DNA of 56,882 bases from Candidatus Omnitrophota bacterium (GCA_016180575.1 JACPAY010000004.1:1-56882); one strand, 5' to 3'. Counted from the first letter of the stretch, positions 37,881-47,866 are shown. The notes: generated by a model from the letters alone, not told the origin. Translations and numbers: made by a program.

Positions 37881-39494
37881 ATGCCGAAGACGATCTATTT
37901 AACGACGCCGCTCTATTACGTCAACGCGGCGCCGCACATCGGCCATTCCTACACGGAGGTGGCGGCGGACTGCCTGGCCCGCTACCGCCGGCTGAAGGGC
38001 GAGCCGGTCTTCCTGCTCACCGGCACCGACGAGCACGGGCAGAAGATCGCCCAGGCCGCCGAGGCGGCGGGCGAGGCCCCCCAGGCGTTCGCCGATCGCG
38101 TGGTGTCGCAGTTCCTCGGCCTCTGGAAGACGCTGCACATCGCCTACGACGATTTCATCCGCACGACAGAGGCGCGCCACATCCAGGCGGTCCAGGCGAT
38201 CCTGGCCAAGCTGCATGCGGAGGGCTCGCTCACGCGCGCCGCCTACCAGGGCTGGTACTGCACGCCGGATGAGACCTTCTGGACGGAGGCGGAGCTCGGC
38301 GCGGACGCGCTGCGCGGCGGCCGCCCCATCTGCCCCGCCTGCCGGCGGCCGCTTGAGCCGGCGAAGGAGGAGGGCTGGTACCTCAAGCTGCGCGCCGCCC
38401 AGCCGTGGCTCAAGGCGTTCGTGAAGGACCATCCGGATTTCGTGCGGCCGCAGAGCCGGCACAACGAGATGAGCAGCCTCCTCGAGCAGCCGCTGCCGGA
38501 GTACCTGTGCATCACGAGGCCCAAGAGCCGCGTCTCCTGGGGGATCGAAGTGCCCTTCAGCCCGGACCACGTCGTCTACGTCTGGGTGGACGCCCTGCTC
38601 AACTACATCACGGTGCCGGGCTACCCGGGCGACCCCGGCCGATTCGCCAACCTCTGGCCGGCCGACGTCCACTTCATCGGCAAGGACATCCTGCGCCACC
38701 ACGCGGTCTACTGGCCGATCCTCCTCCATGCGCTGGGCATGTCCGATGAGCAGATGCCGCGCACCATCTTCGCGCACGGCTGGTGGAAGATTGGCGAGCA
38801 GAAGATGTCGAAGTCGCTCGGCAACATCGTGGACCCCTCGGTGGTCGTCGGCCAGCTCCTCAAGGGCCAGCCGCACGCGGCGGACGCCTACCGGTACTTC
38901 CTGCTGCGCGAGATCCCCTTCGGCCAGGACGGCACGTTTTCAGAGGAGGCGCTGATGAAGCGCCTCGAGTCGGACCTGGCCAACGACCTGGGGAACCTCG
39001 TCAACCGCGCCTGCTCGATGATCGAGCGCTACAGCGAGGGCCGCATCCCGCCGGAGGCGCCGGTGGGCTGCGCGGTGGACGACGAGCCGCTTCGGCAGGC
39101 GGCGCTTGGGTTGGCGGGCGCTGTGGAACAGGCCATGGACCAGGTCGAGTTTTCCACGGCGCTGGAGGCGGTCATGCGCGTCGTGACGCAGGCGAACCAG
39201 TACGTCGAGGCGGTCGCGCCCTGGAAGCTCGCGAAGGCGCAGGAGACCGCGCGGCTGCACGGCGTCCTGCACGTGCTGGCGGAGGTCATCCGCATCGTCG
39301 CGATCCTGCTGTCGCCGTTCATGCCGTCGGTGGCGGACGCCATGTGGCGGCAGCTCGGCTGCCGCGGCGAGCGGCGCCTGGCCGACGCGGCCCGCTGGGG
39401 CGGGCTGGCGCCCGGCCAGGCCATCGGACCGCATCCGGTGTTGTTTCCGCGCGAATCTCCCGGGACCACTTCCATTTTCCCTCGCTCAAGCTAA
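37881..39494 (+). CDS. metG: Methionyl-tRNA synthetase (short form without the C-terminal tRNA-binding domain)
   Basis: PLYYVNAAPHIGHSYT (HIGH), KMSKSLGN, and zinc knuckle CPACRRP. Confidence 0.93.
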   Translation: MPKTIYLTTPLYYVNAAPHIGHSYTEVAADCLARYRRLKGEPVFLLTGTDEHGQKIAQAAEAAGEAPQAFADRVVSQFLGLWKTLHIAYDDFIRTTEARHIQAVQAILAKLHAEGSLTRAAYQGWYCTPDETFWTEAELGADALRGGRPICPACRRPLEPAKEEGWYLKLRAAQPWLKAFVKDHPDFVRPQSRHNEMSSLLEQPLPEYLCITRPKSRVSWGIEVPFSPDHVVYVWVDALLNYITVPGYPGDPGRFANLWPADVHFIGKDILRHHAVYWPILLHALGMSDEQMPRTIFAHGWWKIGEQKMSKSLGNIVDPSVVVGQLLKGQPHAADAYRYFLLREIPFGQDGTFSEEALMKRLESDLANDLGNLVNRACSMIERYSEGRIPPEAPVGCAVDDEPLRQAALGLAGAVEQAMDQVEFSTALEAVMRVVTQANQYVEAVAPWKLAKAQETARLHGVLHVLAEVIRIVAILLSPFMPSVADAMWRQLGCRGERRLADAARWGGLAPGQAIGPHPVLFPRESPGTTSIFPRSS

Positions 39495-39514
39495 TGGAAA
39501 ATAGAAGCGGTCCC
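39462..39514. repeat. GGGAC...CATTTTCC / GGAAAATAG...GTCCC hairpin over the metG stop
   Basis: GGGACCACTTCCATTTTCC-15 nt-GGAAAATAGAAGCGGTCCC. The metG stop TAA 39492-39494 lies in the loop. A further half-site GGAAAAATAGACCTGTCC at 39540-39557 encodes the next gene's N-terminus. Confidence 0.85.
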
Positions 39515-39536
39515 TCATTTGTACCATGACGAGACG

Positions 39537-40592
39537 ATGGGAAAAATAGACCTGTCCTCCTCATTTGTGCGCGGCCGGTTGGTGTATGTTCTGCTCGGGC
39601 TGCTGGTCATCGCCCTCTACGTCAAGACGGGCCTCCATAGGCCGGCCGATGCCGACGGCGTCCGGACGCGCGCCATGGAAGAGGTGCCTCCGTGGTGGCC
39701 GTCGGATCTCGACGAGGCCAGGCTCAAGACCGCGATCGCCAAATCGCCGGCGCTGGGCGCCGCCCTCTCATTGCTGACGATGGTCCTGTTCGGCATGGGG
39801 GGCGGCGGGATCGCGCTCCTCATCTGGGGGGCGGGGACCGGCCGCCTCCGCGGCCTCTGGAGGTTCGCGTCCGGGTGGAAGCCGCAATGGTCGTTCGGGG
39901 AGCTGGCGCGGGTCACGCTCCTCCTCCTGCTCGTGGCGGCGCTGCTGCCGTTTCTGGCCCTGGTGGTGCCCCCGCCGCCGGCGGCGGCGTGGGATCACCG
40001 TGCCTGGATGACGCTCTCGATGCTCGCGCTGGACGTCTTCGCGATCCTGCTGGTCCTGGCGTTCGCCCGCGCCAAAGGCGGCTCGGCGGGGCGGGTGCTG
40101 GGGCTCTCGGGCGCGCGGTCCGTGCCGTCCATCGCGGCGGGGCTGCGCGGCTACGTGGCGGTGTTCCCCTGGCTCTTCCTGGTGCTGTTCGCGGTGGTGG
40201 AGCTTGCGCGGAGCCTGCACCTGCGCGTGCCCGTGGAGCCGATTCAGGAGCTCCTCTTTGAGGAGCGGCGCCCGGCGGTCCTCGGCCTGATCGTGGCGCT
40301 GGCCTGCGTGGTGGGACCGGTGGCCGAGGAGCTCTTCTTCCGCGGGGTGGTCTACTCGGCGCTGCGCCGCCGGATCCCGCGCCCGGCGGCCATGCTGCTC
40401 AGCGCCGCGGCCTTCTCGCTGGCGCACACCAACCTGCTCGGCTTCCTGCCCATCACGATGCTCGGCGGCCTGCTGGCCTATCTCTATGAGCGGACCGGCT
40501 CGCTGGCCGGGCCGCTGGCGGTGCACATCCTGCACAACACGCTGCTGATGAGCCTGACGCTCGTGTTTCGCCAGCTCGTGTTGGTGCCCTGA
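39537..40592 (+). CDS. CPBP-family intramembrane glutamic endopeptidase (CAAX protease-like)
   Basis: EELFFRG ... FSLAH ... HILHN motifs in a polytopic protein. ATG 39537 or ATG 39519. Confidence 0.8.
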   Translation: MGKIDLSSSFVRGRLVYVLLGLLVIALYVKTGLHRPADADGVRTRAMEEVPPWWPSDLDEARLKTAIAKSPALGAALSLLTMVLFGMGGGGIALLIWGAGTGRLRGLWRFASGWKPQWSFGELARVTLLLLLVAALLPFLALVVPPPPAAAWDHRAWMTLSMLALDVFAILLVLAFARAKGGSAGRVLGLSGARSVPSIAAGLRGYVAVFPWLFLVLFAVVELARSLHLRVPVEPIQELLFEERRPAVLGLIVALACVVGPVAEELFFRGVVYSALRRRIPRPAAMLLSAAAFSLAHTNLLGFLPITMLGGLLAYLYERTGSLAGPLAVHILHNTLLMSLTLVFRQLVLVP

Positions 40593-40608
40593 CGGCAGGC
40601 GGCGCGCG

Positions 40609-41520
40609 ATGCGGACGGTGCGCGAGGTGGGAGAATTCGGGCTGATCGAGCGCATGCGGCGCCGAGTGCGCACGGCGCCGTCGGTCGTGGTGGGCATCGG
40701 CGACGACGCGGCGGTCCTGCGCGGGCCCGGCGCCGGGCAGCGGCTGCTCTTCGCAAGCGACATGGTGGTGGAGGGCGTCCATTTCCTCCGCCGGCGGGTC
40801 CCGGCGCGGTGGATCGGATGGAAGGCACTGGCGTGCAACGTGAGCGACATCGCGGCGATGGGCGGCGTGCCGCACTGGGCGGTGGTGTCGCTCGGGCTGC
40901 CCCGCGCAACGCCGGTGCGGTTCGTGGATGAGCTGTACGCGGGGCTTGCGCGATGCGCGCGCCGCTATGGCGTGGCGCTCGTCGGGGGCGACACGGTCCG
41001 CGCGCCGCAAGTCGTGGTGGACGTGGCCATTCTGGGGACGGCGGAGCGGCGCCGCCTCACCCTGCGCCGCGGGGCCAGGGTGGGAGACCAGCTCTTCGTG
41101 ACGGGGCGCCTCGGCGGTTCGTACCGCAGCGGGCGCCATGCGCGGTTCCTGCCGCGGCTCGCCGAGGCCCAGGCGCTGCTGCGGCGGGTTCGCGTCCACG
41201 CCATGATGGACCTCTCGGATGGGCTGGCCTCTGACCTCTGGCAGATGAGCCGCGCAAGCCGGGTGACGCTTCGGGTGGAGGCGGCCCGGATCCCGGTGGC
41301 GCGGGCGGGGCGAACCGTCTATCATGCGCTGATGGACGGGGAGGATTTTGAGCTGCTCTTCGCGGTGGGCGCGCGGGAGGCCGCACGGATGCCGAGGCGG
41401 ATCGGGCGTTGTCCCGTGACGCGGGTCGGCGCGGCCGTGCGGAGGGGCGCCGGGGTCGAGCTCCTCCGGCGCGACGGGCGGATCGCGCCGCTTCTGCCGC
41501 GGGGCTTCCGGCACTTCTGA
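40609..41520 (+). CDS. thiL: Thiamine-monophosphate kinase
   Basis: GEFGLIERM...GIGDDAAV...DMVVEGVHF...NVSDIAAMGG motifs. Confidence 0.88.
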   Translation: MRTVREVGEFGLIERMRRRVRTAPSVVVGIGDDAAVLRGPGAGQRLLFASDMVVEGVHFLRRRVPARWIGWKALACNVSDIAAMGGVPHWAVVSLGLPRATPVRFVDELYAGLARCARRYGVALVGGDTVRAPQVVVDVAILGTAERRRLTLRRGARVGDQLFVTGRLGGSYRSGRHARFLPRLAEAQALLRRVRVHAMMDLSDGLASDLWQMSRASRVTLRVEAARIPVARAGRTVYHALMDGEDFELLFAVGAREAARMPRRIGRCPVTRVGAAVRRGAGVELLRRDGRIAPLLPRGFRHF

Positions 41521-41521
41521 T

Positions 41522-42031
41522 ATGGCTGCGAGAACAAAGGGACAGGCTCCTCTTGTCGAGCTCACCAGCGGGTCGGTGGAGGAGACGCGCGCGTTCGGCG
41601 AGCGGCTCGGCCGGTTGCTGCGCCCCGGCGACGTGGTCGCCCTTGAGGGCGAGCTGGGCAGCGGCAAGACGACGTTGATCCAGGGCATCGCGCAGGGCAT
41701 GGATCGCGACCCGGGGACGGTCAAGAGCCCGACGTTCGTCCTCGTGCGCGAGTACCCCGGCGCGGTCCCGATCGTCCACGTGGACGGCTACCGGCTCGAG
41801 CCCCCCGCGACGGCGGCGTCGCTCGACGTCGAGCTGCTCTTTGCCCCGCACAAGGTCACGCTCATCGAGTGGGCGGAGCGGTTCGCGGGGCTGCTGCCCG
41901 AGGAGCGGCTGGTCATCCGGATGGGCCACGTCAGCGCCAATCGCAGGCGCCTGTCGCTCGCGCCGTCTGGTGAGCGTCCGCAGGCCATCGTCCGTCAAAT
42001 GGCATCGACCCATGGCCCTGCTGGCGATTGA
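41522..42031 (+). CDS. tsaE: tRNA t6A37 biosynthesis protein TsaE
   Basis: [17 protein letters not shown]-loop, [14 protein letters not shown]. Confidence 0.88.
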   Translation: MAARTKGQAPLVELTSGSVEETRAFGERLGRLLRPGDVVALEGELGSGKTTLIQGIAQGMDRDPGTVKSPTFVLVREYPGAVPIVHVDGYRLEPPATAASLDVELLFAPHKVTLIEWAERFAGLLPEERLVIRMGHVSANRRRLSLAPSGERPQAIVRQMASTHGPAGD

Positions 42032-42722
42032 GACCGCGACACGGCAGCTCGGCGTCGCCGTCGTTGACGGCGGCCGGACGCTCGCCGCCTACGAGCTGCT
42101 GGAGGACTACCCGCACGCGGTGGAGCTGCCCGCGGCGGTGGCCCGCGCGCTCAAGGCCTCCCGGACCACCTTGGAGGCGCTGGAGGCGATCGCGGTGGAC
42201 ATCGGGCCGGGATCGTTCACCGGCCTGCGCATCGGCCTGGCATTCGTCAAGGCGCTGGCGCTCCCCACGGGGAAACCGGTCGTGGGGGTGTCCTCGCTCG
42301 ATGTCCTGGCGGCCAACCTGCCCTTCGCGCCGCGCCTGGTGTGCCCGCTCCTGGATGCCAAGCAGCGCAACGTCTACGCGGCGCTCTACCGCTGGGCGGA
42401 TGGCCGGCCGGTCAAACAGACCGACTACCTCCTGCGGCCGGTGGATGACGTCCTGGCGCTGGTGAAGGAGCCGGCGCTGTTCCTCGGGGACGGCTGCGGG
42501 CTCTACCGCGAGCGGATCCTGGCGCGATGCCCTGAGGCCCAGTTCGCGCCGCCCGAGCTGTGGCTGCCCCGGGTCTCGGCGCTCGGCCGGTTCGCCGGCG
42601 AACGGTTCGCCCGCGGCGAGCGCGATGACCCCGCCCGCCTGGTCCCGCTCTACCTCTACCCGCTGGACTGCTCGGTCCGCGGCCCGGACCGCCCCACCAG
42701 CGTCCTGCCCCCGCGTATCTGA
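42012..42722 (+). CDS. tsaB: tRNA t6A37 biosynthesis protein TsaB
   Basis: [17 protein letters not shown]...[14 protein letters not shown] 42012 chosen inside ORF 41841-42722. Confidence 0.85.
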   Translation: MALLAIETATRQLGVAVVDGGRTLAAYELLEDYPHAVELPAAVARALKASRTTLEALEAIAVDIGPGSFTGLRIGLAFVKALALPTGKPVVGVSSLDVLAANLPFAPRLVCPLLDAKQRNVYAALYRWADGRPVKQTDYLLRPVDDVLALVKEPALFLGDGCGLYRERILARCPEAQFAPPELWLPRVSALGRFAGERFARGERDDPARLVPLYLYPLDCSVRGPDRPTSVLPPRI

Positions 42723-42765
42723 TACGGGACCTATGCTATAATAGAAGATTCCGTATCAGATGCGC
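42713..42765. repeat. GTATC-N-GATAC inverted repeat pair bracketing a promoter-like element
   Basis: GCGTATCTGATACGG (42713-42727) and CCGTATCAGATGCGC (42751-42765) are inverted repeats matching at 14 of 15 positions, 23 nt apart. The tsaB stop lies inside the left copy. Confidence 0.85.
42734..42742 (+). promoter_or_regulatory. Extended -10 promoter element
   Basis: TGCTATAAT (TGnTATAAT consensus) in the AT-rich spacer between the two palindrome copies, about 35 nt before the upstream ORF ATG 42778. Confidence 0.5.
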
Positions 42766-42777
42766 GGAGTGGTTGCC

Positions 42778-42891
42778 ATGACCATGATGAAGGGCGCCCA
42801 AATTCTCGTTGAGTGCCTCCCCGGCCCGCCTCTAGTAAGAGCCGGGGCGGGCAAGCGGGAGGGGGTAGCTCGTTCCGTGGAAACCCAATGA
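42778..42891 (+). other. 37-codon upstream ORF made from a duplicated ilvB 5' end interrupted by a 33-nt GC-rich insert
   Basis: Encodes MTM-MKGAQILVECL-PGPPLVRAGAG-KREGVA-RSVETQ*. 42787-42819 and 42853-42870 match ilvB codons 1-17 (42900-42950) with 8 differences, all synonymous. Confidence 0.6.
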
Positions 42892-42899
42892 GTCCCAGC

Positions 42900-44648
42900 A
42901 TGAAAGGCGCTCAAATTCTTGTTGAATGTCTCAAACGAGAGGGCGTAGCTATCGCCTTCGGCATCCCCGGCGGGGTGAACCTGCCCACCTTTGACGCGCT
43001 CCACCAGTCGCCGATCAAGGTCATCCTCACCGTCCATGAGCAGGGGGCGGCGCACATGGCCGACGGGTACGCCCGGGCGAGCGGCAAGGTGGGCGTGTGC
43101 CTCGCCACGTCCGGGCCGGGGGCGACCAACCTGGTGACCGGCATCGCGACGGCGTTCATGGACTCCATTCCGGTCGTCGCGATCACCGGGCAGGTCCGAA
43201 CGTCGGTCATCGGCAACGACGCCTTCCAGGAGGTTGACACCATCGGGATCACGCGGCCGGTGACCAAGCACAGCTACCTGGTGAAGGACCCGCGGGACAT
43301 CGCCCGGGTGGTGCGCGAGGCCTTCTACATCGCGCGCACCGGGCGGCCCGGCCCGGTGCTCATCGATCTGCCGGTGGACACGACCATCAGCGAGGCGGAC
43401 TTCATCTACCCGGAGCAGGTGTCCATCCGGGGCTACCACCCGCAGGAGGCCGCCCCGACGATCCAGCTTGAGCCGATCCGCCGCGCCGCCGAGGCGATCG
43501 CCAACAGCCGCAAGCCGGTCATCTACGCGGGGGCCGGGGTCATCCATGCCGGCGCCGCGGCGGAGCTGGCGGAGCTGGCGCACAAGGCCCGGATCCCGGT
43601 GACGACGAGCCTGCTGGGCCTGGGCGGGTTCCCGGAGACCGACCTGCTCAGCCTCGGCATGCTGGGCATGCACGGCTTCGAGTACACCAACTACGCGGTG
43701 GCCCAGTGCGACCTCCTGATCGGGATCGGCGCGCGGTTTGACGACCGGGTGACGGGCAAGCCGGACAGCTTCGCCCGGCGGGCGAAGAAGATCCACATCG
43801 ACGTGGATCCCTCGTCCATCAACAAGACGGTGGTGGTGGACTACCCGGTGGTCGGCGACGTGAGGCAGGTGCTGCGCGAGCTCAACAAGCTGGTGGGCCC
43901 GGTGGACACGCGCGAGTGGCTCAAGACGCTGGCCGAGATGCGCGAGAAGTACCCGCTCGTCTACAAGGAAAAGGCGAAGGTGCTGCCGCAGTACGTGGTG
44001 CAGCAGATCTCCGAGGCCACCCGCGGCAACGCGGTGATTGCCACCGGCGTGGGCCAGCACCAGATGTGGGCGGCGCAGTTCTATCAGTTCAACAAGCCCC
44101 GCTCCATCATCACGAGCGGGGGCCTGGGCACGATGGGCTTCGGGCTGCCCGCGGCCATCGGCGCGCAGTTCGCGCGGCCCGGCGAGACGGTGTGGGACAT
44201 CGACGGGGACGGCAGCTTCCAGATGACCGCGCAGGAGCTGGCGACCGCCGCCCAGCACAAGCTGCCGGTGAAGGTCGCCATCATGAACAACCAGCACCAC
44301 GGCATGGTGCGGCAGTGGCAGGACCTCTTCTACGAGGGGCGCCACGCGCAGTCGCGCCTGAATCCGGTGGACTTCGTGAAGCTGGCCGAGGCCAACGGCT
44401 GCGCCGGCATCCGCGTGGAGCAGAAGGACCAGGTCCGCCCGGCGATCGAGCGCGCCATGAAGACGACTGACCGTCCCACGATCGTCGAGTTCATGGTCGA
44501 GCCGGCCGAGAACTGCTGGCCGATGATCGCCCCGGGCAAGCCGCACGATCAGATGCTGGGCACCTACGAGAACCTCAAGCAGGACGGCGGCATCCCGCAG
44601 CGCCGCCGCCTGAGCGAGGATGATGAAGCCAAGCTCAGCCTCGGCTGA
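42900..44648 (+). CDS. ilvB: Acetolactate synthase large subunit
   Basis: MKGAQILVECLKREGVAIAFGIPGG..., the ThDP-binding motif GGLGTMGFGLPAAIGA, and IMNNQHHGMVRQWQ. ATG 42900 (or ATG 42888). Confidence 0.93.
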   Translation: MKGAQILVECLKREGVAIAFGIPGGVNLPTFDALHQSPIKVILTVHEQGAAHMADGYARASGKVGVCLATSGPGATNLVTGIATAFMDSIPVVAITGQVRTSVIGNDAFQEVDTIGITRPVTKHSYLVKDPRDIARVVREAFYIARTGRPGPVLIDLPVDTTISEADFIYPEQVSIRGYHPQEAAPTIQLEPIRRAAEAIANSRKPVIYAGAGVIHAGAAAELAELAHKARIPVTTSLLGLGGFPETDLLSLGMLGMHGFEYTNYAVAQCDLLIGIGARFDDRVTGKPDSFARRAKKIHIDVDPSSINKTVVVDYPVVGDVRQVLRELNKLVGPVDTREWLKTLAEMREKYPLVYKEKAKVLPQYVVQQISEATRGNAVIATGVGQHQMWAAQFYQFNKPRSIITSGGLGTMGFGLPAAIGAQFARPGETVWDIDGDGSFQMTAQELATAAQHKLPVKVAIMNNQHHGMVRQWQDLFYEGRHAQSRLNPVDFVKLAEANGCAGIRVEQKDQVRPAIERAMKTTDRPTIVEFMVEPAENCWPMIAPGKPHDQMLGTYENLKQDGGIPQRRRLSEDDEAKLSLG

Positions 44649-44661
44649 GCAGCCCAAGGCC

Positions 44662-45141
44662 ATGGCCAGCGAAAGACACACCATCTCGTGCCTCGTCGAG
44701 AACCACTTCGGGGTCCTGTCCCGCGTCTCGGGGCTCATCAGCGCCCGCGGGTTCAACATTGACTCGCTGACGGTGAGCACCACCGAAGACCCGACGATCT
44801 CGCGCATGACCATCGTGGTGGATGCGGATGCGCTGAAGCTGGAGCAGGTCAAGCACCAGCTCTACCGGCTCATTGACGTGATCGACGTCCAGGAGCTGCG
44901 GGAAGGCGCGTTCATCGACCGGGAGCTTCTGCTGGCGCGCGTCAACGCCAACGGCGCCGCGCGCGCGGAGCTGGAGCGAGTCGCGTCCCAGTTCGGCGGG
45001 AAGCTCGCCGACGCCGGGGACCGCTCGGTGGTCATCGAGGCCTCCGGCGACACGAAGACGCTGGACCGGCTTGTCGAGCGGCTCAAGCCTCACGGCATCA
45101 CGAAGCTGGTGCGGACCGGCCGCGTGGCCCTGGAGAAGTGA
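44662..45141 (+). CDS. ilvN: Acetolactate synthase small (regulatory) subunit
   Basis: ACT domain HTISCLVENHFGVLSRVSGLISARGFNIDSLTV...SRMTIVV. Confidence 0.92.
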   Translation: MASERHTISCLVENHFGVLSRVSGLISARGFNIDSLTVSTTEDPTISRMTIVVDADALKLEQVKHQLYRLIDVIDVQELREGAFIDRELLLARVNANGAARAELERVASQFGGKLADAGDRSVVIEASGDTKTLDRLVERLKPHGITKLVRTGRVALEK

Positions 45142-45848
45142 TGCGCGTGTTCCCGAAGCTCCGCAAGCCGCGGTTTCTGCTCATCTATCCGCTGATCCCG
45201 GCGCTCTTTCTGATGGCCGCCACGACCGAGCGGCAGCTCCATATCGGCATCGTCCTGGCGGTCGTGGGGATGGGCATCCGGCTGTGGGCCAACGGCTATG
45301 TGGGGCACGTCAAGGTCAACTGGACGCAGAAGTGGCGCGGCGACGCCAAGGTGGGAACGCTGATCACCGCCGGTCCCTATGCCTACATCCGCCATCCGCT
45401 CTACTTCGGCAGCTTGCTGATCGCTGTGGGCGTGCTGGTCATCGTGGGGCGGCTGTGGTTGAGCCTCATTGCCCTGGGCTCGCTGCTGATCGTGTATCAT
45501 CGGAAGATCGTGCGGGAGGAAGCGCTCCTGCGGGATGAGTGGGGGCCCGTGTACGCCCGCTACCAGCAGGCGGTTCCCCGCTACTGGCCAACCTGGCGGC
45601 ACTATGCCGAGCGCCGCAGCCAGTGGAGCTGGAAAGGCATTTTGGCCAGCAAGGAGCTCAAAACGGTGGCGTGGACGGCCATTCTGGTGGTGGGCCTCTA
45701 TTTCTGGGAGGAGTTGACGAGGGAGCATGAATTTCTCCCGGCCGGTGAGCCGCTCGAGTATCTCAAGCACCTCGCGCTCCTGGCGGCGGCCGTCATGTTG
45801 ATGGCGGCGGATGGGCTCTTCGAACTCACCAGGCGGTTACGGCATTGA
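45138..45848 (+). CDS. ICMT/PEMT-family membrane methyltransferase
   Basis: Polytopic. GPYAYIRHPLYFGSLL and REEALLRDEWGPVYARY resemble the isoprenylcysteine / phospholipid methyltransferase signature. GTGATG overlap with the ilvN stop. Confidence 0.65.
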   Translation: MMRVFPKLRKPRFLLIYPLIPALFLMAATTERQLHIGIVLAVVGMGIRLWANGYVGHVKVNWTQKWRGDAKVGTLITAGPYAYIRHPLYFGSLLIAVGVLVIVGRLWLSLIALGSLLIVYHRKIVREEALLRDEWGPVYARYQQAVPRYWPTWRHYAERRSQWSWKGILASKELKTVAWTAILVVGLYFWEELTREHEFLPAGEPLEYLKHLALLAAAVMLMAADGLFELTRRLRH

Positions 45849-46426
45849 TGAAGCGGCTACGCATCGTGGCGCGGGCATGGAGCGGCTGCGGCCTCCTCCT
45901 GTGCGCTGCCGGATGCGCCACCACGCACCTGTCAGCGAGCCGGTCGCATGCGCTGCCCGCGTTCACCCAGGTCGATGAGGGCCTCTACCGCGGCGGGCAG
46001 CCATCGCAACCCGGGCTGGAGGAGTTGAGCCGGAGGGGCATCAAGACCATCATCAGCCTGCGCCAGCCGTCCCACGCCATGGAGGAAGAGCGCCGCCTGG
46101 CCGAGCAGCTGGGGATGGAGTGGGTCAACATCCCCATGTGGTTTTGGTGGCGCCCGAGCGACCGGCAGGTCCGCCAGTTTTTGGACATCGCCACCGACCC
46201 GGCCAGGCGCCCCGTGTTCGTGCATTGCCGGCAGGGATGGAACCGCGCGGGGATCATGGTGGCGGTCTATCGGATCGCCGCCGGCGGGTGGGCGCCCCGC
46301 CAGGCCTATGTCGAGGCCCGCCACCATGGGCTGGTGTGGTGGAATCTCCTGAGCCGCCATCTGCTCTTTTATGAGGCCCGTCGGGAGTTCGCGAGGCTCC
46401 CGGCCGCTTCAGCGACCGCGCGGTGA
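45845..46426 (+). CDS. Cys-based (tyrosine/dual-specificity type) phosphatase, probable lipoprotein
   Basis: Lipobox-like [11 protein letters not shown]5R active site [11 protein letters not shown]. Start overlaps the previous stop. Confidence 0.65.
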   Translation: MMKRLRIVARAWSGCGLLLCAAGCATTHLSASRSHALPAFTQVDEGLYRGGQPSQPGLEELSRRGIKTIISLRQPSHAMEEERRLAEQLGMEWVNIPMWFWWRPSDRQVRQFLDIATDPARRPVFVHCRQGWNRAGIMVAVYRIAAGGWAPRQAYVEARHHGLVWWNLLSRHLLFYEARREFARLPAASATAR

Positions 46427-46788
46427 TGGTGCCGACGCCGATCGCGGTGCTGACGCTGTTCTACGGGCTTGTCGCCACCCTCGCCGCGGCGAGGGTCTGG
46501 CGGGTGATGAGCGGCGCAAGCCACCAGTCGCTGCCGTGGGCGGTCGGCTGGCTGGCGCTTTCGGCTGGGGCAGCGTGCGGCCTGCCGCTCCTCAAGCCGT
46601 GGGGGCGGACGCTGGCAGTCATCACCTCGGCCGCGCTCATGGCGGCGACGCTGGCGGCGGCGGCCGCGCTCATCGCGTCGGGCCATCCGGCGGCGGGGCT
46701 GACCGTGACGTTCACGACGGCATTCCACGCGCTGGTGATCCGGTATCTGGGTCGCCCGGCCGTGAAGCGGCACTTCGTGGAGGGCTGA
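46423..46788 (+). CDS. Small membrane protein, unknown function
   Basis: 121 aa with about 4 hydrophobic helices. GTGATG overlap upstream, and its stop overlaps the ilvC ATG (TGATG). Confidence 0.5.
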   Translation: MMVPTPIAVLTLFYGLVATLAAARVWRVMSGASHQSLPWAVGWLALSAGAACGLPLLKPWGRTLAVITSAALMAATLAAAAALIASGHPAAGLTVTFTTAFHALVIRYLGRPAVKRHFVEG

Positions 46789-47861
46789 TGGCGAGGATGT
46801 ACTACGACAAAGACGCCGACCTCAAGGCGCTCAAGGGACATACCCTCGCCGTGATCGGCTACGGCATCCAGGGCCGCGGCCAGGCGCTCAACCTGCGCGA
46901 CAGCGGGGTGAAGGTGCTCGTGGCCCAGCGCCCGGGCGGGCCGAACTACGACCTGGCGAAGCGGGACGGGTTCACGCCGCTTTCGGCGGCGGAGGCGGCC
47001 AAGCGGGCGGACGTCGTGATCCTGCTCGCCCAGGACACGCTCCAGAAGCAGATCTACGCCGAGTCCATCGCGCCGCACCTGCGCGCGGGCCAGGCGCTGG
47101 GCTTCTCGCACGGCTTTGCGATCCTCTACAAGCTCATCACGCCGCCGAAGGACGTGGACGTCATCATGGTCGCGCCGAAGGGGCCGGGGAGCCTCCTGCG
47201 CTCGCAGTACCTGGAGGGGAAGGGGGTGCCGGCGCTGCTGGCGGTCCAGCAGGACGCGACCGGCCGCGCGAAGCAACTGGCCCTCGCGTGGGCGAAGGGC
47301 ATCGGCGCGACGCGCGCCGGGGTGCTGGAGACCACCTTCAAGGAGGAGACCGAGACCGACAACTTCGGCGAGCAGGCGGTGCTCTGCGGCGGGGTGTCGG
47401 CGCTCATCAAGGCGGGCTTCGAGACGCTGGTGGAGGCCGGCTACCAGCCGGAGCTGGCGTACTTCGAATGCCTCCACGAGCTGAAGCTCATCACCGACAT
47501 GATCTGGGCCGGCGGGATCCAGGGGATGCGCAAGCGGGTCTCCGACACCGCCAAGTGGGGCGACGTGAGCTGCGGGCCGCGCGTCATCGATGCGCGCGTC
47601 AAGGAGAGCATGCGGCAGCTCCTCAAAGAGATCCAGTCCGGCGAGTTCGCGCGGAAGTGGGTCGCCGAGCACGAGGCCGGCCGGCCGAACTTCACGCGCC
47701 TCATGCGGCAGGATGACGAGCACCTGATTGAGAAGACGGGGGCCGCGCTGCGGGGGATGATGCCGTGGATCGGAGATCAGAGACAGGGGACAGGAGACAA
47801 GAGACAAGGGAAGGCCGTAGCACGGAAACGACAGCGGCGGGTGGCGAGGAGCCGGTCGTGA
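46788..47861 (+). CDS. ilvC: Ketol-acid reductoisomerase (class I) with a repeat-encoded basic C-terminal tail
   Basis: MYYDKDADL...[18 protein letters not shown] Rossmann motif ... LRGMMPWIG, then [28 protein letters not shown]. Confidence 0.92.
   Translation: MARMYYDKDADLKALKGHTLAVIGYGIQGRGQALNLRDSGVKVLVAQRPGGPNYDLAKRDGFTPLSAAEAAKRADVVILLAQDTLQKQIYAESIAPHLRAGQALGFSHGFAILYKLITPPKDVDVIMVAPKGPGSLLRSQYLEGKGVPALLAVQQDATGRAKQLALAWAKGIGATRAGVLETTFKEETETDNFGEQAVLCGGVSALIKAGFETLVEAGYQPELAYFECLHELKLITDMIWAGGIQGMRKRVSDTAKWGDVSCGPRVIDARVKESMRQLLKEIQSGEFARKWVAEHEAGRPNFTRLMRQDDEHLIEKTGAALRGMMPWIGDQRQGTGDKRQGKAVARKRQRRVARSRS
47773..47810. repeat. GAGACA-type purine-rich tandem repeat
   Basis: GAGATCAGAGACAGGGGACAGGAGACAAGAGACAAGGG inside the ilvC 3' end. 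I found no complementary arm nearby. Confidence 0.7.
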
Positions 47862-47866
47862 TCGGC

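Noticed and set aside
42778-42891. Classical ilv transcription-attenuation leader peptide.
   Set aside because: The uORF has no run of Ile/Leu/Val codons beyond the ILV inherited from the IlvB N-terminus. No terminator hairpin with a T-tract follows. It is reported as a duplicated-5'-end uORF instead.
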